Shown: piece after piece, positions 39,981 to 50,595 of the stretch | Layout of the letters: each line of letters opens with the position of its first letter | How positions within the stretch are numbered: position 1 is the first letter of the stretch | Assembly: GCA_977020255.1 (NCBI GenBank) | Contig: CDROCS010001209.1 | Coordinates: 186,001 to 250,000 of the forward strand | Reading direction: 5' to 3' | DNA: 64,000 bases | DNA from: Obrimoposthia wandeli | Taxonomy: Eukaryota | Notes under the pieces: model-generated | Told to the model about the DNA's origin: nothing | Seen by the model: only the letters and a program-made list of their open reading frames with translations | Database searches by the model: none | Program-made: the position numbers and the translations under genes

Positions 39981-42327
39981 GATTATTTAACTCCAATACG
40001 ACCATAGCCCCCCCATCAATGGTTGAAGCTAGGAAAATATCCCCTCCTAAACGGTTCATAATTGAACGGCAGATACTCAGGCCTAGGCCAAGCCCAACAT
40101 CCTTTGTTGTTGTGAAGGGAATAAATAGTTTTTTTATAATTTCAGCGTCAAAACCATTACCCGTATCACTGACTGCAATACGTAATAATTGATTGTTATT
40201 TAATAAGCTAAATACAGAAATTTCGCGCTGTTCTTGCCCTGCGACCGCATCACAACTATTAACCAATAAATTGACGAGTACTTGCTCAAATTGCACTTGA
40301 TCAGCTCTCGCGAATAGATCCTGATTAATGGTATTGGTGATAATGGTTTTTTGTGTTTTCGCTCGACTTTCAACAATTAACATTGATTGATTAATTGATT
40401 CTCGAATATTGACAGACACTAAAGGGTTATTTGCAGATTGCTTACGCGAGAAACTGCGCAGACTAGTAATAATGCGTCCCATTCGAGCGGTTAGGTTATC
40501 TATCTTATCTAAACTAGCGGGTAATCGAGTATAATTTTCTTTTTCGACTGCCATTTTGGCGGTGAAGACATGGGTTGAAATCGCGGATAAGGGTTGATTT
40601 AATTCATGAGCAAGTGAGGTCATTGTTTGTCCGACAACCGCCATTTTTGTTGCTTGAATCAGATCATCTTGAGCGGCGAGTAAATCATTTTCAACCCGCT
40701 TTCTATCTTCAACCTCCAACTTGAGTTGGTGGTTACGATTGGTCAATGATAACGTTTTTTCACTAACCATATTTTCTAACCAACGAGCAGCATTTTCCTG
40801 CTCTGTAATGTCCGTCATCGTGATAATAACTTTATTACTATTACCTTGGGTAAATAGACGGAAATCGAGTCGTAAATATACACAGTCATCTTTGGTTTTT
40901 TGTTTGAGAGTGAGGTTACACGCCCCTTTGACCAAGAGCGGGCTACTATCGACAAATAAAGATTTCAAACGTTGCTGCATATTTATATTAAACAAATTCC
41001 AGATTGTATTGTTCTTAGAAGATGTATCGTAATTAAATAGCTTTAATGCACTGGTATTGACCGATTCGACTATACCATTTAAATCACAGGTGATGATACT
41101 CGCTTGAGTATTGTTAATCAGATTCAAGGCGTTACTTTGCTGCATCTCTTGCATTTGCTGACAAAAATACTGCAAATTATCACCCAACATTCCAATTTCA
41201 TCATTCCCTGTCACGTTAATTTCAGTATTAAGATTGCCATTGGCCACGTCGTAAAGCGCTTTGCTGAGAAGGTTTAGGCGTTTAACGATACCGCGATTCA
41301 CTAAGTAGATTGAGATCACGATAGCTAAGAAGATAGCGAAGAAGACGACCCCAAAGAGTATAAAATTACTGACAGTAATGGAGTGGCGAGTTTCATCATT
41401 GAGTTGCTTCAATGAGGTTGTCGCTTGTTCTGCCATTGTTTGAATTAATTCTTCTTGATTACGTAATCGGTTCTGAATACGTTCAGCATATTCATTGATG
41501 GTATTGGAGAGCAATACATCTTCTCGTAATTGTATTTCCAGTACGCCCCTAGGTTGGACTAAAACAATTAATTCGTTGAGTAGTTGTCGGTAAGACACCG
41601 TCGAAGGGTAATGGATGAGTGTTTTACTCATATTACTGACTTCTTTGATTTTATAACCAATAAAGTAGAAGGCATTACTAATGTCGCGTTCATGCCGCTG
41701 AAATAATATTTCTTGCACTAATTGGTGCAGTTCATTTTCTTTAACAGTGATTGATTGGATTAATGAAAATTCGGTCATGATTTCAGTGATCGAATGAGTA
41801 TTGATCACATTTGGCAATAGGCGTGTTAGTTGCCACTCGACCTCTTGACGTAGTGGGGTAAGTTCATCAATCAAATCTTGGTGTAGCCATTTAATGCTAT
41901 TCACCGTGGTCGTTAACGACAGTAAATGTTGATTGCGTTGATCTAATAAGACAGTATAAGCAGTAATATCGCTGGCTAAAATGGCATGTTCTGCCTTTAT
42001 TGCAGGGTAGTCGCCTAAGCTGGCGGTTTCGGTTATCGCAGCAGTGATTAATTCCAGTTTAATGAAAATATTTTGCCTAAGGTTACGATGCAAAATGGGA
42101 TCGGTATTATGACTTAATAGGTTGAGGGCTGCCTGCAAACTCGCGGTATTGCGTTCAAGTTGGTAACTCGCACGTAATGTCGGCATGTTTCTATTCACGA
42201 TAGTTTCAATTTTATCGTCTAATGTTTCCCAATTAATAACGGCAATGAGCCCCACACTAATGGTAAGAAACCCCATAAAGGTAATTGCGGATGTGAGTCG
42301 ATAGCCAATCGTTTTCTTGCTAAACAC
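39967..42327 (-). CDS. pgtB: PgtB-like sensor histidine kinase
   Basis: Two TMs, HAMP (GNDEIG), SLAHELNQPL, NLLVN, DTGNG, GLGLGL. Confidence 0.75.
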   Translation of the reverse strand: MFSKKTIGYRLTSAITFMGFLTISVGLIAVINWETLDDKIETIVNRNMPTLRASYQLERNTASLQAALNLLSHNTDPILHRNLRQNIFIKLELITAAITETASLGDYPAIKAEHAILASDITAYTVLLDQRNQHLLSLTTTVNSIKWLHQDLIDELTPLRQEVEWQLTRLLPNVINTHSITEIMTEFSLIQSITVKENELHQLVQEILFQRHERDISNAFYFIGYKIKEVSNMSKTLIHYPSTVSYRQLLNELIVLVQPRGVLEIQLREDVLLSNTINEYAERIQNRLRNQEELIQTMAEQATTSLKQLNDETRHSITVSNFILFGVVFFAIFLAIVISIYLVNRGIVKRLNLLSKALYDVANGNLNTEINVTGNDEIGMLGDNLQYFCQQMQEMQQSNALNLINNTQASIITCDLNGIVESVNTSALKLFNYDTSSKNNTIWNLFNINMQQRLKSLFVDSSPLLVKGACNLTLKQKTKDDCVYLRLDFRLFTQGNSNKVIITMTDITEQENAARWLENMVSEKTLSLTNRNHQLKLEVEDRKRVENDLLAAQDDLIQATKMAVVGQTMTSLAHELNQPLSAISTHVFTAKMAVEKENYTRLPASLDKIDNLTARMGRIITSLRSFSRKQSANNPLVSVNIRESINQSMLIVESRAKTQKTIITNTINQDLFARADQVQFEQVLVNLLVNSCDAVAGQEQREISVFSLLNNNQLLRIAVSDTGNGFDAEIIKKLFIPFTTTKDVGLGLGLSICRSIMNRLGGDIFLASTIDGGAMVVLELNNHDHK

Positions 42328-42329
42328 AA

Positions 42330-43580
42330 TTAATGACCTTCGTGTTCAAGAATGATTTTTTGCGAGATTGCAATTGATAGCTCAAGTTGACTACGCATAG
42401 TACGTCGCCAAGCATCAAGTTGTCTTGTGGTGACTCTATCATTTCGAGATAGTGACAAGTGGTCATATATATCGCTGTTTGATTGCGCCTCTGTCACTGG
42501 TGGTGTAGAGGCCAAGCGTAGCGCTAGGTCATATTGCCGCTGCTGTTCATTGGTCAGATGTGATGAGCATTGAGCAGCTTCATTAATCAGTTGCCATGCT
42601 TGATTGAGTAAAGTCAGCTGATGAGCAATAGTTTGTTCAAATAGATGTTTAATGACGACATCGCGATGCTGCATTAATTTGAAATCTAAGGGGTGTGGTG
42701 TAAAGGTCTGCGTGATTTCACTGTTAATAGGGTATTTATACAATGAACTTTCAGGCAAGTTTTTTTGCATGTCGTCTGATAATAAAAAATCAATAAAATG
42801 GCTAGTATGGTTCGCTTGATGTTGATTTTTTACTGCCGCAATGTAGCTGGGCATAAGAGGGCCATTGATTTGATAAGTAAAATCAATAAATGGGAAACGC
42901 TGCTTATTTTCAAAAGCAAAGCTATCTATAACAGGGCCAATACCGACTAAACCTCGTGAAATAGCATCACTAACCCCAAAACTGCGTGCTGAAATAGAAG
43001 CTAGATTCCCTCCAATTTGTAGTAGCATTTTCCAGCCATTTTTCCATCCGTATTGTTGCAGTATATTTTCGACCATCAGGTGTGTGGTACTTGAACGAGC
43101 AGGGGTGCTCATTATTAAATGACGGAAATATTGCGGATCGATTAGGCTCTGAAAGTTCTTCGGTTGAGTAAGGTTATGCCTCGTTAAATAATCGTTATTC
43201 CACATTATGCCGTAGGCTGAGTAACCAAAAATCGCGATATCGTCAGACTGTTTTTTTAAATTGGTTAGTGGTAATTGGGTTTGATTTATAGCCATAGGTA
43301 GCGGTTTTAATGTGCCTTTTTTGATCAACGGAAGAAAAAGAGCAGGCGACGATGCAATAACAAGATCAATGTCATGGTCACTTTTACTGAGCAGGCGTAC
43401 CCCTGAATCTGCTCGACGGTGCAATACTTTGATTGTCGAATCAGGATACAGTTGTTGGAATTTATTCGTAATAGGAGTTATTGATGCTTCAGTAAAGGTG
43501 GTTAATAAAATTAAATGATTCGTCGGTGTTGCAAAACATGTTGGTGACAAAATAAAGAGTAACAATAGCAATCGAATCAT
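42330..43580 (-). CDS. pgtC: PgtC-like periplasmic phosphoglycerate-sensing protein
   Basis: Signal peptide; LTTF, MSTPARSSTTHLMVENILQQYGW and ISARSFGV motifs. Confidence 0.75.
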   Translation of the reverse strand: MIRLLLLLFILSPTCFATPTNHLILLTTFTEASITPITNKFQQLYPDSTIKVLHRRADSGVRLLSKSDHDIDLVIASSPALFLPLIKKGTLKPLPMAINQTQLPLTNLKKQSDDIAIFGYSAYGIMWNNDYLTRHNLTQPKNFQSLIDPQYFRHLIMSTPARSSTTHLMVENILQQYGWKNGWKMLLQIGGNLASISARSFGVSDAISRGLVGIGPVIDSFAFENKQRFPFIDFTYQINGPLMPSYIAAVKNQHQANHTSHFIDFLLSDDMQKNLPESSLYKYPINSEITQTFTPHPLDFKLMQHRDVVIKHLFEQTIAHQLTLLNQAWQLINEAAQCSSHLTNEQQRQYDLALRLASTPPVTEAQSNSDIYDHLSLSRNDRVTTRQLDAWRRTMRSQLELSIAISQKIILEHEGH

Positions 43581-43779
43581 AAGTGTAATAATTTCCTTTA
43601 ATTACGTACTTATATACAGGATTATTTATTGTGATTACAGCCAAATAATGATTGTTCGCATTAATGTTTTAAGTAGTTATCGCTTTTAAATTCCAATCGT
43701 TTACATCTGTGTCAAAAGTAACTCACCTTACGTTTATTTATGCGATTAATTACAAAAAACGTCCCAGTACAAAAAGGAC

Positions 43780-43805
43780 AAAACCGGAGGGAGTCCTCCG
43801 GTTTT
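43780..43805 (-). terminator. yfbU terminator
   Basis: AAAACCGGAGG...CCTCCGGTTTT. Confidence 0.7.
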
Positions 43806-43850
43806 AAATATCAGTTCTACAATGAAGTTAATTGATTATAACTATATCTA

Positions 43851-44351
43851 TTATGCACTTAATATTTGCGTGATTTCACTGCTAGATAAGTGATATTGAC
43901 GTGGACAGTTACGCCATGTTTGAAGCATACGCTGATATTTATCGTTCATCGGAACTTGGCTGTTGAATTGGTGCTCAGATTTATCAAACTGAGGGTATAA
44001 GCCTTCTTCTTCTGTTAAGAAACGCACGTAGTGCACTTGTTGTGATTCTGTTGCTGCGTCAAACCCTAGGAATTGAAGACGACGAGGTTCTACTTGTGAT
44101 TGACTCGCATCATCTAACATTTTGTACGACTCTTGTAATGCGTGGTGCATTTCCATGTAATCGATAATGTTACGACATGCTTCTTCAGGAAGGCAGCCAA
44201 AATCGTTATCTAATTCACGCATCTGTAAGCCATATCCGCGTTCTACAATAGTTTGTAAACGACGATATTTCGCTTCATTTTCAGGCGTTAGCTGAGACAT
44301 TAGGTAATACTGGTTTGAAAGAATTAAACGTTGAGCGTTTGTCATATCCAT
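43851..44351 (-). CDS. yfbU: YfbU family protein
   Basis: [31 protein letters not shown] motifs. Confidence 0.92.
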   Translation of the reverse strand: MDMTNAQRLILSNQYYLMSQLTPENEAKYRRLQTIVERGYGLQMRELDNDFGCLPEEACRNIIDYMEMHHALQESYKMLDDASQSQVEPRRLQFLGFDAATESQQVHYVRFLTEEEGLYPQFDKSEHQFNSQVPMNDKYQRMLQTWRNCPRQYHLSSSEITQILSA

Positions 44352-44568
44352 GGAGATAGGCCTTAAAAAATTTCTTATAATCTGGCAATGAGATTAGCAG
44401 GTTATGTTTAAAAAAACTTGATCTAATGACAAGTAGCAGTCGTTTTTTGTGTGAATAACAATTACCTGATGAAAGCTTATACAGTAAGGGTGTGAGGCTG
44501 ATAAGTCTGAGTATTTAAGCCTAGTAAAAGCATGGGTATAACCACTCTATGCGGTACTCAATTTTAGT

Positions 44569-44582
44569 GTGATTTATATCAA
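44569..44582. promoter_or_regulatory. Possible FNR/CRP-type site upstream of yfbU
   Basis: GTGAT-TTAT-ATCAA, one mismatch to the FNR consensus TTGAT-N4-ATCAA. Confidence 0.4.
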
Positions 44583-44730
44583 CGGGTATAAAAGGGAGTG
44601 ATGGTTATCGTGAGAACGAATGCAGGATAAAATCTCGTGTCAGGCTAGTGTTCAGACACGAGATTTTAATGAAAGAGCTTTAATGGATAACGTAAATTCG
44701 ATTTACTTGATCAAATCAGCGAAAACGCAG

Positions 44731-46485
44731 TTAACTTAAACCAACAATATTACCGTCAGCGTCGATATCAAGATTCATGTAAGCTGGTTTTTCAGGTAAA
44801 CCGGGCATCGTCATTACATTGCCGCACAGTGCGTACACAAACCCTGCGCCCGCACATAATTTCAATTCTCGCACTGGCACCACAAAACCAGTAGGTGCGC
44901 CTTTAATACTAGGATCGGTGGTGATTGAAAGTGGTGTTTTAGCAAGGCAAACTGCGAGGTTATCATGGCCTTGCTTTTTCAGTGCTGCGAGTTGTTCTTT
45001 TGCATAATCAGAGAGTTCGATACTACGTGCACCATAACCGACTTCGGCAACAGCCATTAGCTTCTCTTCAAGAGGCTGCGACAAGCTATATAATGGCTTA
45101 AAGTTGGCTGGCGTTTCACACGCTTTAACAACGGCCTGTGCTAATTCTGTTGCACCTTCACCGCCTTTACCAAAGGCTTCGCTAATAGCGACATCCACGT
45201 AGGTGCTGAAATCCGTGTCTGTAACCATGGTTTTTAGCAGCTCAAGCTCTACATCGGTATCTTGCGGGAAGCGGTTGATTGCCACCACAACCGGTAAACC
45301 ATACTGAGCAGTATTACGGATATGCCATTTTAGGTTATCAAAACCTGCGATTAGGGCTTTTTCATCCGGTGAAAAAATCGTATCGGGTAGTGCTTGCCCT
45401 GGGCGTAAATCATATAAACCAGAATTCGCTTTTAAGCCACGCAATGTTGCGACGACCACGGCGCAATCTGGGCCACGATCGGCTTGTTGCGCTTTAATAT
45501 TACAGGCTTTCTCAAAGCCCATATCAGAACCGAACCCACCCTCGGTAACCGTAAACTCACTCAGCTTTAAGGCGATACGATCGGCAATAATAGAGGAGTT
45601 ACCATGGGCAATATTGGCAAAAGGCCCCGCATGGATCAGCGTTGGTACACCTTCCAACGTTTGCATGAGTGTCGGCTCAATGGCTTCACACATGGTGACG
45701 GTCATCGCGCCAGCCACTTGTAAATCTTCCGCAGTGATTGGGTTGCCGTCGATGTTGTAAGCTAAAACAATGCGACCAATGCGCTGGCGCATGTCTGCGA
45801 GATCTTTTGAAAGGGCAAGAATTGCCATGACTTCAGAAGCGGCAGAAATATCAAAGCCATCTTCACGTTCAAGGCCGTTAATGGTTTTGCCTGCTTCATT
45901 TTTACCGACTGTGATCATGCGTAATGCACGATCATTATGGTCCATCACGCGCTTCCACACGATATTTTCTATATCAATACGTAATGCAGGTAAGCCTGTT
46001 TTCTCGCTAAATGCTTCGTAGCCATGGCGCTCTTCATGATACAGGCGGGCATCAATCGCGGCAGCTGCAAGGTTATGGGCCGCGGTAACCGCATGAATGT
46101 CACCCGTAAGGTGCAAATTCAGCTTTTCCATTGGCGCTACTTGGCTATAACCACCGCCTGCTGCACCGCCTTTTATGCCAAACACCGGCCCCATTGATGG
46201 CTGCCGAATACAGGCGATAACCCGTTTATTAATCTTTGCTAAGCCTTGTGAAAGGCCGATTGTGGTAACGGTTTTACCTTCACCAAGTGGTGTAGGCGTA
46301 ATCGCTGTCACTAATACCAATTTACCTTCTGGATTATTCGCTAAGCGATTGAGGATCGACGGTTTTACTTTCGCTTTTAACGTACCTTGCGGGGTCAAAT
46401 CTTGAGGTTCAATACCCGCTATTAGGGCTATTTGGTCAATAGGAGTGAGTGCGGTATCGCGGCAAATTTGAATGTCGCTTTTCAT
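44731..46485 (-). CDS. fhs: Formate--tetrahydrofolate ligase
   Basis: [40 protein letters not shown] and TMPGLP motifs. Confidence 0.97.
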   Translation of the reverse strand: MKSDIQICRDTALTPIDQIALIAGIEPQDLTPQGTLKAKVKPSILNRLANNPEGKLVLVTAITPTPLGEGKTVTTIGLSQGLAKINKRVIACIRQPSMGPVFGIKGGAAGGGYSQVAPMEKLNLHLTGDIHAVTAAHNLAAAAIDARLYHEERHGYEAFSEKTGLPALRIDIENIVWKRVMDHNDRALRMITVGKNEAGKTINGLEREDGFDISAASEVMAILALSKDLADMRQRIGRIVLAYNIDGNPITAEDLQVAGAMTVTMCEAIEPTLMQTLEGVPTLIHAGPFANIAHGNSSIIADRIALKLSEFTVTEGGFGSDMGFEKACNIKAQQADRGPDCAVVVATLRGLKANSGLYDLRPGQALPDTIFSPDEKALIAGFDNLKWHIRNTAQYGLPVVVAINRFPQDTDVELELLKTMVTDTDFSTYVDVAISEAFGKGGEGATELAQAVVKACETPANFKPLYSLSQPLEEKLMAVAEVGYGARSIELSDYAKEQLAALKKQGHDNLAVCLAKTPLSITTDPSIKGAPTGFVVPVRELKLCAGAGFVYALCGNVMTMPGLPEKPAYMNLDIDADGNIVGLS

Positions 46486-46566
46486 AAGGGCGCATTTCCT
46501 TCTAGTGGTGACAGCAGGGAAGATGTTGATGTATTAATATTCTGCATTTAATTAACTTTACAGTTC

Positions 46567-46582
46567 GCGCAATCGATTGCGC
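46567..46582. promoter_or_regulatory. PurR-type operator upstream of fhs
   Basis: Perfect 16-bp palindrome GCGCAATCGATTGCGC, similar to the PurR consensus ACGCAAACGTTTGCGT, 82 bp before the fhs start. Confidence 0.7.
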
Positions 46583-46760
46583 TGTGTTTATACCATAATT
46601 TTATCACGGATAAACGAAATTATTCCGTGATAAATGTTGTTAATTTATTGGCACTGACAATATTGTTAAAAGGCTAAATACGGGAGCTTGCTAAAAGTCT
46701 TTGAAATGAATAACGAGTACTATGTTTCAATATTGTTATATTCGTTATGAAAGGTGAAGG

Positions 46761-48365
46761 ATGATTCAATGGCAGAAGCTGAATTTTCGGCGACGATTGC
46801 TGATTATTATGACGATGTCGGGCTTACTTGAATTACTGATTCTTTCGGCTTTAGGCTTTAGTTACATTAAAAAATGGGAATCCCAAGATCTAGGTGAAAA
46901 AGCCATTGGTGTCGCGGAATACATAGCCAAAACACCATCAATTATTACCGCGGTAGAGCAAAAAGCTCCGCAGTTACTCACCGAGGGAGTAGAACGATTC
47001 CGACAAGCCATTGGTGCTGCCTTTATTGTGATTGGTGATAATAATGGTGTCCGACTTGCGCACCCTATAGCAGAGCGTGTGGGGCTACCAATGCGTGGGG
47101 GCGATAATATTCGCGCCCTAACAGAAGGGAAGTCTTATATTTCTTATGCTAAAGGCTCTATGGGACACTCTGTTCGAGGTAAAACGGCAGTATTCGACAG
47201 TCGTGGTGAGATCATTGGGGTCGTATCTGTGGGGTATTTACTGACTGGCATTCACGATAAATTATTACCATTTTTAACCTTTTTATTGGCGATGGCCATT
47301 GTGGTTGTTGGTGCTAATGGCTTATTGGCGAACTTATTAGCAAAGCGCTTTCAGCGCACGTTACTGGGTTTTGAGCCTGAAGAAATCGGGCGATTATATG
47401 CCGAGAAAGATGCCACCATGAGCACCTTGCGCGAAGGCGTATTAAGTATTGATAATCAAGGTATTTTACGGTCGATCAATCGCAGTGCGTGCGACATGTT
47501 GGGTGTTGATGCGTCTCGTGCCTTGAATCGACCATTAAGTGAAAGCTTGCCAGAAAGCAGCCTTGAGCGATTGCTGTTAACTCGCCAATCCGAACATGAT
47601 ATTGAATTGTATTTTAACAGTCGGGTGGTGATTGCTAACCGTGAGCCACTATTTCAAAATGGTGTACTCATTGGGGCGGTATCGAGTTTTCGATTAAAAG
47701 ATGAAATAACAGAATTAAATCGTCAATTGTCGCAAGTGACACAATATGCAGAATTATTACGAGCACAAACCCATGAGCACCGAAATAAGCTGAATACGAT
47801 AGCGGGCTTGGTTCAGCTAGGGGCGTACAGCGATGTATTTAAATTAATCGGCCAAGAAAACCAACATTATGAAGCGTTGATCACGTTTTTACGTGGTGCG
47901 ATTGAAGAGCCATTAATTGCGGGTTTGTTGCTGGGTAAAAGTGAACGCGCTCGTGAGCTTGGATTACAGTTAGTGATTGATTCAGAAAGTTGCCTATCTG
48001 GCTTACCTGAACATATCGTGCCTGAAGATTTGGTGACGATTTTAGGTAATTTGGTCGATAATGCGTTCGATGCCACCTTGGCTTCTCATTCAGCTGATAC
48101 GTCAATTCACCTTCATTTGAGTGATTACGGTAATGATTTGATCCTTGAAGTGGAGGATTCAGGTATCGGATTACCTGATGATATGAACAGAGAGGATTTA
48201 TTGCTACGTGGTGTCTCGACAAAAGCAGGCGATAATCATGGTGTCGGTTTATATTTGATCAACCAGATAGTGTCACGTTATAACGGGCAATACACGATGG
48301 AAGACAGGGAGTCGGTAGGAACTAGAATGACGGTTTATTTACCTAAAATAGCACTAATACGCTAA
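46761..48365 (+). CDS. CitA/DcuS-family sensor histidine kinase
   Basis: Cache domain RLAHP, PAS, LRAQTHEHRNKL, GNLVDNA, GVGL. Confidence 0.88.
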   Translation: MIQWQKLNFRRRLLIIMTMSGLLELLILSALGFSYIKKWESQDLGEKAIGVAEYIAKTPSIITAVEQKAPQLLTEGVERFRQAIGAAFIVIGDNNGVRLAHPIAERVGLPMRGGDNIRALTEGKSYISYAKGSMGHSVRGKTAVFDSRGEIIGVVSVGYLLTGIHDKLLPFLTFLLAMAIVVVGANGLLANLLAKRFQRTLLGFEPEEIGRLYAEKDATMSTLREGVLSIDNQGILRSINRSACDMLGVDASRALNRPLSESLPESSLERLLLTRQSEHDIELYFNSRVVIANREPLFQNGVLIGAVSSFRLKDEITELNRQLSQVTQYAELLRAQTHEHRNKLNTIAGLVQLGAYSDVFKLIGQENQHYEALITFLRGAIEEPLIAGLLLGKSERARELGLQLVIDSESCLSGLPEHIVPEDLVTILGNLVDNAFDATLASHSADTSIHLHLSDYGNDLILEVEDSGIGLPDDMNREDLLLRGVSTKAGDNHGVGLYLINQIVSRYNGQYTMEDRESVGTRMTVYLPKIALIR

Positions 48366-48404
48366 AGGAATGCATTATCAAAATACAGAAAGGGAGTGTG
48401 AATA

Positions 48405-49082
48405 GTGTCATTAATTAGTGTCGTGATAGTTGAAGATAATGCCGGAATAGCAGAACTGCATCGCCGTTGCTTAAGTCAGATTGCTGGTATCGAAATACAG
48501 GCGATGGCACACAGCTATCAAGAAGCCATTACGTTATTTGACGTCCTAAACCCTGATCTTGTACTTCTGGATGTACAGCTTCCAGATGGAAGTGGGTTAG
48601 ATTTGTTGCGTTTGTTACGTGCAGACAAACAAGAAACAGATGTCTTGTTGATTACCGCCGCAAGAGATGTCGATACCCTGCAAGAAGCCATGCGAGGTGG
48701 GGTGGTGGACTACATATTAAAGCCTGTGGTTTTCTCACGATTAGAAGAATCGATTCATAAGTATTTGGATTCAAGAGCAACGATTGCAGGGTTAAGCGCT
48801 ATCGATCAAAGTGATGTTGATGCGATGCTAATGCGCCCGAAAGAGCATAAGTCGACAGCCCAATTACCAAAAGGTATTGATAATGTCACCCTCGATAAAG
48901 TACGAGAATTATTTAAATCGCATGCACAATTAACCGCGGAACAATCTGGGCAGTTAATCGGTGCCAGCCGAACGACCGCAAGGCGCTACCTTGAATACTT
49001 GATCAGTAGCGGTGAATTGGAAGCTGACTTGAGCTACGGCACGGTGGGTCGACCTGAGCGTGCGTATGTTAAACGTATGTGA
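48405..49082 (+). CDS. CitB/DcuR-family response regulator
   Basis: VEDN, LLDVQLPDG, ITAA, DYILKP, SRTTARRYLEYL. Confidence 0.88.
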   Translation: MSLISVVIVEDNAGIAELHRRCLSQIAGIEIQAMAHSYQEAITLFDVLNPDLVLLDVQLPDGSGLDLLRLLRADKQETDVLLITAARDVDTLQEAMRGGVVDYILKPVVFSRLEESIHKYLDSRATIAGLSAIDQSDVDAMLMRPKEHKSTAQLPKGIDNVTLDKVRELFKSHAQLTAEQSGQLIGASRTTARRYLEYLISSGELEADLSYGTVGRPERAYVKRM

Positions 49083-49241
49083 GTACGCAATATAGTTACG
49101 TGTTAGCGCAAACAAGTAAAATGTGTCACGTGCTGGTTTTCCGCTATATTGGCGATCATTCAAATGACAAAAAATAATTGAGACTTTTTAATTGGCATAT
49201 CGGTCTTATTGTTTGAATTCGTTATTTGATGAGATGATAAA

Positions 49242-49673
49242 ATGGAATTACAGGTACAAAAAAAGCTATCGTTGAGTTTACTCCTTCTGAGGTTGAGTAT
49301 TTTTCTTGTCTTTTTCCTTTGGGGATTAGATAAAATAATACTCACTGAGCATGCTGTGAAGGTGTTTTCAACATTTTATGGTATTAATATTTCTGAGGGC
49401 GCTATGATGTCTCTTGGAATTCTACAAACATTATTTTTGTTTACCTTTGTCTGTGGTTTTTTTAAAAATAAAACATACTTGATCATTTTAGTTCTTCACT
49501 TAAGCTCCACTCTTTCTTCATTCCCAAAATATATGGAACCGTTTAGTAATTTATTGTTCTTTACAGCTTGGCCAATGCTTGCAGCATGTTTTGCATTATA
49601 TTTATTACGTGATTTTGATACATATTCAGTTGATTATTATCGTTTAAATAACAAATTAAATGCAACTTATTAA
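49242..49673 (+). CDS. DoxX-like membrane protein
   Basis: LLLLRLSI..F..WG.DK pattern, four TMs; AT-rich. Confidence 0.6.
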   Translation: MELQVQKKLSLSLLLLRLSIFLVFFLWGLDKIILTEHAVKVFSTFYGINISEGAMMSLGILQTLFLFTFVCGFFKNKTYLIILVLHLSSTLSSFPKYMEPFSNLLFFTAWPMLAACFALYLLRDFDTYSVDYYRLNNKLNATY

Positions 49674-50040
49674 TCCATAGTATTGTTAGGGGTTTAATGT
49701 ATTCATAAGCCATCTTCTGACTTTTTCTTTGAACGAAAACAGATGATGGCTTTATTCTTTTGCAGTAAAAAGTTGTGTCGTAATTTTCAAAAAAACGATG
49801 AACATCGAGTGGAATATTATTGAATTGCTATTTAGTTGATTTTAAATAAATGTTTTACATAAACGCAGTGGATATCATAACTTGTTACAAAATAAGAGTT
49901 ATTGATTTCCGCTTTGTTCGGTTAAGTTTCACGTTTGTTAGGCTCTGCAAACATACCTAACGATATTATTTTTGATATGAAGTTTGTAGTTTTATCCAGC
50001 ATTGGTATTTGCGCTGGAGTATGTTTTTTTGGAAATAATC

Positions 50041-50595
50041 ATGATTAATATCTTCAAATTTAAGCGGAAAAAGAATGCTGACGAATTAAGACGTGATCGT
50101 TATGAAGGGCTGGTTAAGTCTTACAGTAGTGACCTTTATCGTTATGCTTATTGGTTGTGCAATGACCAACATATTGCGGAGGACCTCGTACAGGATACGT
50201 ACTTAAGGGCATGGCGGTTTATTGATAACCTTGAAGATGATAAAGCGGCTAAGCAATGGTTATTGACTATTTTACGCAGAGAAAATGCCCGACGTTTTGA
50301 GAAAAAGCAATTAGAACTTGTTGATATTGATGATTATGACATTGAAGATAAAGCGGATAATGATGAACAATATCAATGGCTGCATATAGAGATCATGAAA
50401 TTATCAAAAGAGTACAGGGAACCGTTGCTCATGCAGACAATGATGGGTTTCACTGGTGAAGAGATTGCAGATATTCTTTGCCTTAATAATAGTACTGTCA
50501 TGACGCGTCTGGCTCGGGCTAAGAAGCAGTTGAAATCGCGAGTTAATCATCAAGGTGGAATGTCATATGAAAAAACAAGACTTAAAAAATACTAA
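50041..50595 (+). CDS. ECF sigma-70 factor
   Basis: AEDLVQDTYLRAW (region 2), WLLTILRRE, EEIADIL...TVMTRLARA (region 4). Confidence 0.88.
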   Translation: MINIFKFKRKKNADELRRDRYEGLVKSYSSDLYRYAYWLCNDQHIAEDLVQDTYLRAWRFIDNLEDDKAAKQWLLTILRRENARRFEKKQLELVDIDDYDIEDKADNDEQYQWLHIEIMKLSKEYREPLLMQTMMGFTGEEIADILCLNNSTVMTRLARAKKQLKSRVNHQGGMSYEKTRLKKY

